NCBI RefSeq assembly: GCF_001194135.2
Contig: NC_068983.1
Span: forward strand, 41,381,439-41,437,803
Origin: Octopus bimaculoides
Taxonomy: Eukaryota
Length of the DNA stretch: 56,365 bases
Direction: 5' to 3'
Below, piece after piece: positions 47,466-56,365 of the stretch (the stretch's first letter is position 1; each line of letters starts with the position of its first letter). The notes below the pieces were generated by a model. The model was not told where the DNA came from. It searched no databases and saw only the letters and a program-made list of their open reading frames with translations. The position numbers and the translations under genes were made by a program.

Positions 47466-48118
47466 TTGATATGTGTGTGTGTGTGTGTGNNNNNNNNNNN
47501 NNNNNNNNNNNNNNNNNNNNNNNNNNNNNNNNNNNNNNNNNNNNNNNNNNNNNNNNNNNNNNNNNNNNNNNNNNNNNNNNNNNNNNNNNNNNNNNNNNNN
47601 NNNNNNNNNNNNNNNNNNNNNNNNNNNNNNNNNNNNNNNNNNNNNNNNNNNNNNNNNNNNNNNNNNNNNNNNNNNNNNNNNNNNNNNNNNNNNNNNNNNN
47701 NNNNNNNNNNNNNNNNNNNNNNNNNNNNNNNNNNNNNNNNNNNNNNNNNNNNNNNNNNNNNNNNNNNNNNNNNNNNNNNNNNNNNNNNNNNNNNNNNNNN
47801 NNNNNNNNNNNNNNNNNNNNNNNNNNNNNNNNNNNNNNNNNNNNNNNNNNNNNNNNNNNNNNNNNNNNNNNNNNNNNNNNNNNNNNNNNNNNNNNNNNNN
47901 NNNNNNNNNNNNNNNNNNNNNNNNNNNNNNNNNNNNNNNNNNNNNNNNNNNNNNNNNNNNNNNNNNNNNNNNNNNNNNNNNNNNNNNNNNNNNNNNNNNN
48001 NNNNNNNNNNNNNNNNNNNNNNNNNNNNNNNNNNNNNNNNNNNNNNNNNNNNNNNNNNNNNNNNNNNNNNNNNNNNNNNNNNNNNNNNNNNNNNNNATAT
48101 ATATAAACATATGTATGA

Positions 48119-48164
<46 letters not shown>

Positions 48165-49106
48165 ACATATTATAAATGTATGCACATATGGGTACACACA
48201 CACACACACGCACACACACACACACAGGTGTAATATTCATGTATATTCAAAACGTATTTATGGAAATGTGTGTGTGTCTGTATGCATGCTAGTATTCATG
48301 TATGCATATACTTACATATAAACTTACAGACTTATGTATATAAGCGTGCGGTCATAATCGCGTTTATAGATGTGTGCGTGTGACTTTATGACTTGAGTGT
48401 GTGCGAGTGTGCGCGCTTGTGTATGTGCGAGTGTAGGCGTGAGTGTGCGTGTGCGTGTACATGAAGCTATAGTTTACAACTAGTAAATGTCAGGCGAAAG
48501 TATAAAATCAAGTAGCTAGAATCCTTTTCAGTAAGCTTGTTGTAACATTGATCTTTTGCCTATCGAATCCAGATGTAATCCTTGTGTTTCCCAGTGGTGC
48601 AGTAACTGTCAGCTCCGGCCAAACGGAAAAATAGCTTATTCTGTGTAAGCCAGAGAAAGTAAAATATACAAGAAACAAATCTGTTACATATAAAACGATC
48701 GTTAATGCAAAAGAAGGAAGAAACGAGGAAAAAGAAAAGCGACAGTGAAGACGGCAGATGGGGCGAAGGGCAGTTAAGTTAGACGAGAGATGAGATGAGG
48801 AATAAAGGAAAGTTAAAAGTAGGGCGGAGTGGGGTGTATTGACATAAAGAACAATGACATGAGGGAAGAGGGTGACTTGGGTGATATAAAGAAATAGTGA
48901 TAGTCAGAGAGAGAGAGAGAAAGAAGAAGAGGAGGAGGAGGAGGAGAGCTTTGAGAGACTAGAAGAGAATGTTAGTGGAGAAATATTTAACGACAAAATG
49001 GCGTAAAGAGAGAAAAGGTAAAATTTGAAGAGTTGGTGGTCGAATAGGGAAAAGATGACTAGTCGGGATTGCGAGAATACGAGTGTGTGTTTGTGTTTAT
49101 ATACAT

Positions 49107-49149
<43 letters not shown>

Positions 49150-49265
49150 AAAATATATATACACGTATAGATACATATATATAGGCGTATGTACTGATAC
49201 ATATATATATGCGTATATGTATTTATAGATATGTATACACACATATATACTTCATTATGTGTGTC

Positions 49266-49307
<42 letters not shown>

Positions 49308-49441
49308 CACACACATGTATACAAATATACAGATATGTGTGTGTGCGCGTGCGTAGTATATATGTGTGAATATATGCATATCTATTTATATATACAAACA
49401 TACACGCATACACATACAGAATGACCGAAAGAATTGTATTC

Positions 49442-49473
<32 letters not shown>

Positions 49474-51799
49474 TGTGTGTGTGTGTATGTGTGTCCACTC
49501 ACAACCCAATTTTGGCGCTGACCACTACGCTCCCAGACAGAACATTGTGGTCATAGATATTGACTAACCGGCTGGTTAACCAGACCAATATTTGACCACA
49601 AATAATCGATCGTAGAGAGAAGATAGCAGAAGCTGATAGTGAGTACCATTCACTTTCGTGAGCCTTGTCTTTGATGTCTGCTGCACATAAATAATACTAC
49701 GGCTCGATGAGGTGTTACGTGGATGTTTGTCAGGTTANNNNNNNNNNATATATATACATACCTAGAGGCAGATACAGACGTATATACCTTCATACTCGTA
49801 TATATGTATGTACACATCTATATGCACGTATGTATGTGTGGGTGTGCACTTGCACGCGCAAACACATATATATACATATGCATATACATATATACACACA
49901 CGTGTATACATGTATATATAATTATGTATAAATACATGTATATATACATGTATATATATATAGTTTATATACGTATATCTGTGTAGTTATACATATATGT
50001 ATATAAATATATATTTATAAATGTGTGTGTGTGTTTGCGTGTGTGTGTAAGCATCTATGTATAAATACAAATTTTTAATGGAAACTTAGAGATTCCCCGA
50101 CTACTACCATCACTACTGTATCACCATCACCACCACTACTACTACTATCACGACTACCACTGCCACCTCCATCACCACTGCTACCATCACCACCACTATT
50201 ATCACTGCCATTACCACTACCACCACCATCACTACCACCACTACCATCATCACCATTGCTATCACCATCAGCATCATTACCTTCACTACCACCGCCATTA
50301 TTTGTAAACATGAAATTCTATCTAAATTTACTTCAGAATTAATTCTTTTTAATGAGATTTCGTTTTTAATTAAGAAATTCAGATATTTTTTTTAAATGCT
50401 ATTTAGCAAAATAAAGACGTTTCTCGTCAGAAATTTCATGATAAGAATTTAGCATTAGATTATGGTGCTGTAATAAAAATATTATGTTTTTTAATACGGA
50501 TTCATTAAGTTTTTTTAGGCACGTGGACTTGTGGTTACGGCGTTGGGCTCACAATCACAAGATCGTGGGTTCACCTGCTGGGCTGGATGGTACGTTTTAT
50601 CTTTGGAAAAACACTGAGTTTCAGTTTAATTTATTTCAGCAATGGGCAAACTGTGGCCCGTGTGACTTTCTGAATGGTATGCTGAAACGAATTCCCATGA
50701 AATTTTTCAGCAGTGTGACCCGTGGTCCGCTTGATGGTTTTCCATGCCTCATGCGGTCCGAAAGGCGTTGACCATGTTTGCTGTATTCTACTCAGCTGGA
50801 AGACATTACTGGCCTGTTGTCTTCTCTCCCTCCCTCTCTCTCTCTCTCACTCACTCTCTCAGTTCCTCGCACTCACTCTCTCTCTCTCCAATCGTCTCAT
50901 CCTCGAGCCGCCGGGTCAAGGATGAGAGGCACGAGAAGACCCTTAAAACAATTAGGGGATGCGTGATGCATGTCACAGGGTCATCTTGCTTGCAAGTGAC
51001 AGTTAAGCTTTGATTTCCTGAGAGGTTTGACAAAGTTGTATATATGAAAACTTTGAAAGAAAAGTTTTAGCTTAGAAAATATTTGAATTCTTGGAGAGAA
51101 AGTCGGGGAATTCTTTAGAGAACATGTTTGAAAATAGCATGAAAGGATTATGAAGGATTCCAATGAATTATAAGAATATGGTTTGGAATGAGTTGTGGAA
51201 AAGGGAGCAGAGAAAGAGTTTGCGAATTTCATTGTTTCACTTTTTTTTTTTTTTTAAGTAGTGGCTTTAAAGAATTAAAAAAAATTTTTTTTTTTTTAAA
51301 TAAGTGTTATACAAAGACTTTTGGAACAGTTTTCGAGAGTAGTTTAAAAACAGTTTTGAAGAATTATTTCGAATTAACTTTTAGAACACGAAACAAACGA
51401 AAACATAAAGAGATTTGGGCTGAGCTATTTTTATATAATGGAAGCTTCTAGACGGAGAATCTTAAGAAAAATTTCGTCAAAATACTTCAATGATTTTTTT
51501 GCTTTTTGTTCCATAAAAACATTTCAAGAAAATAATATTTAGTTGTAGTTCGGAAGGGTCATTATGGCAATAATAAACACACGCACTGGTGCACTAGCAC
51601 TAATTCTATTTTACTTCATTTATTACCATGAATCAATTGGTTAACTACTTAACCAATTAACTAATCGATTCTTTTGGTTAAATGTTTGATGAATCATAGA
51701 TTTTTCAAAATCTCTTCGTCACCATTGGAAATTTTATCAATGCCATGCTTTCTCTAATTCTGAGACAGACCTGAAGCAGACCTTGTGTTAAATGGAACG

Positions 51800-52110
51800 A
51801 CGAAATTATGCATCATCAACATCATCCGGTGTTTTAAATCCGGGTTTTGTCCCTGATAACGGGGATGGCTGGATCTACCTCAATGGCATAGCAACGGAGG
51901 TAGGCAGGTGCAGCCCACCCCAACCTTTGGGCTGGCTGGTGCCCATTCTCCTTTGCTACCATGAGGCTCTTTTGGAGCTGGATTTTCTATGAGGAGCATG
52001 CTCTTGCTTACCCCCAACCTCAGTTTCTAGACATGAGTGGTCCCGAGACCAAGGCCTCTACCATGATTTTAAGAAATGTGGTGGAAAACTAGCTCAGGAA
52101 GGCAGGGAAG
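51800..52110 (-). mobile_element. Possible LINE (RTE-like) 5' region fragment
   Basis: GC-richer unique block; minus strand GGTAGAGGCC..GAGGTTGGGGGT..AGAAAATCC loosely resembles RTE 5' UTR layout as I recall it; no ORF evidence. Confidence 0.25.
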
Positions 52111-52254
52111 TTACTCCCTGAGACCCCTTTCGGAGATCCACTACCTAGTATATCGACACACACACACACACACACACAAAGAAAGATAAGATAAAGTTGT
52201 TGGCTGTGCGACAAACCCTTCACAAAATCTATCCATTGTCACTCATAGACCAAT

Positions 52255-52893
52255 TTTGGTTTCGAATTTTGACACAAGGCCAGCAATTTCGGGAGAAGGA
52301 GTAAGTCGATTACATCAACCCCAGTACGCAACTATTAATTTATCGACTCCGAAAGGATGAAAGGCAATGTCGATTTTGGTGGAATTTGAACCCAGAACGT
52401 AAAGACGGGCGAAATGCTGACCAGTATTTCGCCCCGACGCGCGAATGATTCTGCATACTCGCCAGCTCACTGACAGACCAATATTGGTTTCAAAGCTAGT
52501 AATTTATGGAGAAGGGGTAAATTGATTATATAAACCCCAGTGCTCAATTGGTACTTAATTAATCGACCCCGAGATGACGAAAGGCAAAGTTAACCTCGGA
52601 AGAATATTGTTGTGGGGATGATAGTAATAAAGGTACAACCCTCCCACGTTACGAGTGGTACGTGCTAGTCACTATAAATAAAATGACGTCGGTCAGAATA
52701 GACAGAGAGTACGTAGTAGACGGTCATAGATGATCGTTGTCTTTGTCTTACTAACTATGCTGCTATACCAGAGTGGCGTTATAATAATCCAACTTACAGG
52801 ATTACAACAAATAAGAACTCAGAGCATAAAGAAAGACGAAATGTCGCTAACATTTTGCCCAGCCTGCTAACGATTCTGCCTGCTTGCCACTTT
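52255..52893 (-). mobile_element. Cluster of three SINE family A pieces (52255-52468, 52481-52605, 52822-52893)
   Basis: CCGAAAGGATGAAAGGCAA, CCCCAGTGCTCAATTGGTACTTAATT, GACGAAATGTCGCTAACATTTTGCCC. Confidence 0.8.
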
Positions 52894-53309
52894 GCTACAT
52901 GGGAAATATTGGCCAGACCTTTTAACAGACAGTTCCTTGCCATTGATGCCTTGCATTAGGGCCCAATCTGAAATTACGTGATCACCAAGTTAACCGCAGG
53001 TTGAGATTAAAACCTAAATATAAACACTTCATGATGTAAAATTCAATAACTTTTTTTTAATAGATTAAAGAGATAAAGGGCACGATTATCTGACCGATGC
53101 ACTAATGGGGATATTTTAAGATGTTTAAATATATCAGAAGAAATTCCAAATATATATAGTAATGGCTTGTTTACGGTTATCAAAGGTGACTTAATTCTAT
53201 TGGCCGTTTAAAGAAAGTTCAGGTCACAGATTGGGGTCAACTATTTACTTCCATCTGCAACCACGGAAATCAAAGAGCTTATCTTGACACACTGATCTCG
53301 TTCTTCATT

Positions 53310-53371
<62 letters not shown>

Positions 53372-54512
53372 NNNNNNNNNNNNNNNNNNNNNNNNNNNNN
53401 NNNNNNNNNNNNNNNNNNNNNNNNNNNNNNNNNNNNNNNNNNNNNNNNNNNNNNNNNNNNNNNNNNNNNNNNNNNNNNNNNNNNNNNNNNNNNNNNNNNN
53501 NNNNNNNNNNNNNNNNNNNNNNNNNNNNNNNNNNNNNNNNNNNNNNNNNNNNNNNNNNNNNNNNNNNNNNNNNNNNNNNNNNNNNNNNNNNNNNNNNNNN
53601 NNNNNNNNNNNNNNNNNNNNNNNNNNNNNNNNNNNNNNNNNNNNNNNNNNNNNNNNNNNNNNNNNNNNNNNNNNNNNNNNNNNNNNNNNNNNNNNNNNNN
53701 NNNNNNNNNNNNNNNNNNNNNNNNNNNNNNNNNNNNNNNNNNNNNNNNNNNNNNNNNNNNNNNNNNNNNNNNNNNNNNNNNNNNNNNNNNNNNNNNNNNN
53801 NNNNNNNNNNNNNNNNNNNNNNNNNNNNNNNNNNNNNNNNNNNNNNNNNNNNNNNNNNNNNNNNNNNNNNNNNNNNNNNNNNNNNNNNNNNNNNNNNNNN
53901 NNNNNNNNNNNNNNNNNNNNNNNNNNNNNNNNNNNNNNNNNNNNNNNNNNNNNNNNNNNNNNNNNNNNNNNNNNNNNNNNNNNNNNNNNNNNNNNNNNNN
54001 NNNNNNNNNNNNNNNNNNNNNNNNNNNNNNNNNNNNNNNNNNNNNNNNNNNNNNNNNNNNNNNNNNNNNNNNNNNNNNNNNNNNNNNNNNNNNNNNNNNN
54101 NNNNNNNNNNNNNNNNNNNNNNNNNNNNNNNNNNNNNNNNNNNNNNNNNNNNNNNNNNNNNNNNNNNNNNNNNNNNNNNNNNNNNNNNNNNNNNNNNNNN
54201 NNNNNNNNNNNNNNNNNNNNNNNNNNNNNNNNNNNNNNNNNNNNNNNNNNNNNNNNNNNNNNNNNNNNNNNNNNNNNNNNNNNNNNNNNNNNNNNNNNNN
54301 NNNNNNNNNNNNNNNNNNNNNNNNNNNNNNNNNNNCTTCTAACCCTATATAATTTTTTTCTCTGTACCCTCCCCATCACCCACCCTATCCCTTTCTCCCT
54401 CCTTTACTCACCCCCACCTCCTCACATTACACCCCCCAGATTCCTCTTATTTTCTGCAATTTACTTACAGAATGCCAAACCACATTAGCGTGTTTATCTT
54501 TTTTCGCGCACT

Positions 54513-54546
<34 letters not shown>

Positions 54547-55078
54547 CACATGCACACACATATACACATACACATATGATATATATACACATGCATATAT
54601 TCACAACGCATGCGTATACGAATGCAGAAAAACGTACGTCATTACAAACACGTATACTTACATAAACACACACACACAGAAACACATGAGCACACATGTT
54701 CAAACACATTTGCAAACATACGCGTACAAACATACAGCACACGCACATACTTGCGCATGCGTGCACTCGTTTACATACACACGCACATACTAACGCGCTA
54801 CTAGCGCACACATGCATTATACCAAACGCACATGCGCTTATATACAACCATACACCATATGAACACACATATACACAAACTCAGCAATACACACATACAC
54901 ACAAAAACACATTTGCATATATCATTCGTTACTAACACACGCTCTAACACATTCACACACACACACACGCACAGACACACAGTCACATGCGTGCACACAT
55001 TTACATACGCAAGCACATACTAAAATGCTGCAAGCGCACACATGCATTACACCAAATGCGCATGTGCATATATACATG

Positions 55079-55395
55079 GAGCACTCCGTCGGTTATGACG
55101 ACGAGGGTCCCAGCTGATACGATCAACGGAACAGCCTGCTCGTGAAATTAACATGCAAGTGGCTGAGTACTCCACAGACAGGTGTACCCTTAACGTAGTT
55201 TCAGGAAGATTCAGCATGACACAGAGTATGACAAGGCTGGCCCTTTGAAATACAGGTACAACTCATTTTTGCCAGCAGAGTGGACTGGAGCAACGTGAAA
55301 TAAAGTGTCTTGCTCAAGGAGACGACGCGTCGCTGTGAATTGAACTCACGACCTTACCATCGTGAGCCGAATGCTCTAACCATTAAGCCACGCGC
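55079..55395 (-). mobile_element. SINE family D, full length
   Basis: Reverse complement GCGCGTGGCTTAATGGTTAGAGC (A box)..GTGAGTTCAATTC (B box)..CCTTGAGCAAGACACTTTATTTCACGTTGCTCCAGTCCAC..GGGACCCTCGTCGTCATAACCGACGGAGTGCTC; related copies at 25815, 38334 and 47355. Confidence 0.88.
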
Positions 55396-56316
55396 ATTCA
55401 CGCATATACACAAGCACGCACCATAAACATAAAGAACTATAAGCTAACATACAGAACCTTAATTACATACAAGCACACACACGTACATATATACAAATAT
55501 GAACACGCACATATATAAACTCACCCATACACACACACACTCCAAAATACATATACATATAGCACTCGTCACTAATAGACGCTCTAACACACACATACAC
55601 ACACACACACACACACGAGAGTACTGGTAGGTGTACGCATGCCCAACGCTTGTCATGTACGTTTTTCCATTTGTTTCTCTTGTTAAGTGAGGTGGACACC
55701 ATTTTAAGAATCTAGCATTCTTGTTGTCCATCCTCTTCCATACTTGACAAAAAATATAAGCAGCACGCAACACTGACAACGACAACAAAAGCAGCACCGA
55801 TAGCAACAGCAATCACAAAAATAACAATAGTAACCGCACCGACGATAGCAACAGCGGTCGTAACAACGATGGCGACATCAGAAACAGCAGTGGTATACAC
55901 ACACACACACACACACATATACATATATATACAAATACGCACATACACAAATAAGCTTATAAATGGAAAGAAAGGTGGAAAAAAAAATTGGTGCTCGAAT
56001 ACCTAAAGTAGAGTCATATGCTTTTTTTTTTTATTAAAGCTGCAACATCAGAAAAACTGCTGCACAGAGTTTCACGTCCCCCTACGTTGGGCAGTTGTGG
56101 TCAAGAATGAAATAAAATTATATTCCATTCTTGATCACATACCTAAGACTATTTCAACATGTCATCTGTTAATTATGAACATTACAATTATGACATAATT
56201 CCAACATTACTGAAACAGCTGCCGAGTTATAAAACTATGTAGCCTCTTCATAGTATTCTGTATACTTTATGCGCAACGTAAATATAGTTGTATGTATGTG
56301 TGTATATGTATGTATA

Positions 56317-56365
<49 letters not shown>

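Noticed and set aside
48595-48644. 50-nt exon-like segment (CCCAG|...|GTAAGC), WCSNCQLRPNGKIAYS
   Set aside because: Short, weak donor context, no recognisable domain; expected by chance
50405-50432. Minus-strand CTGACGA-GAAAC-GTC
   Set aside because: No stem II and no stem I complementarity

Overview
AT-rich, microsatellite-saturated animal genomic DNA from a draft assembly, with about 9.3 kb (roughly one sixth) in N gaps that nearly all abut (TA)n/(CA)n/(CT)n/(ATT)n runs. The interspersed repeats look like those I associate with octopus genomes; this is recognition from memory, not a database match. No complete protein-coding gene can be supported, and essentially all listed ORFs are microsatellite or gap artefacts. 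Supportable content: (i) many copies of three tRNA-headed SINE families (called A, B and D here), including inverted pairs, a nested insertion with a TSD and a shared internal module; (ii) decayed transposon coding fossils (Penelope-like RT at 2.8-3.6 kb, Tc3-like transposase at 15.3-16.1 kb, a weak RTE-like RT at 0.7-1.2 kb) and several mariner-type MITEs; (iii) a near-perfect 390-bp foldback element; (iv) a degenerate 5S rRNA-derived sequence; (v) two degenerate hammerhead-ribozyme-like motifs at 25.1 and 26.2 kb; (vi) one plausible isolated 102-nt exon (22417-22518) and a promoter-like motif cluster at 43.3-43.7 kb. I cannot demonstrate a new biological system from sequence alone. The best leads are the hammerhead-like motifs, the foldback dsRNA-forming family, the modular SINE architecture and the orphan exon/promoter.
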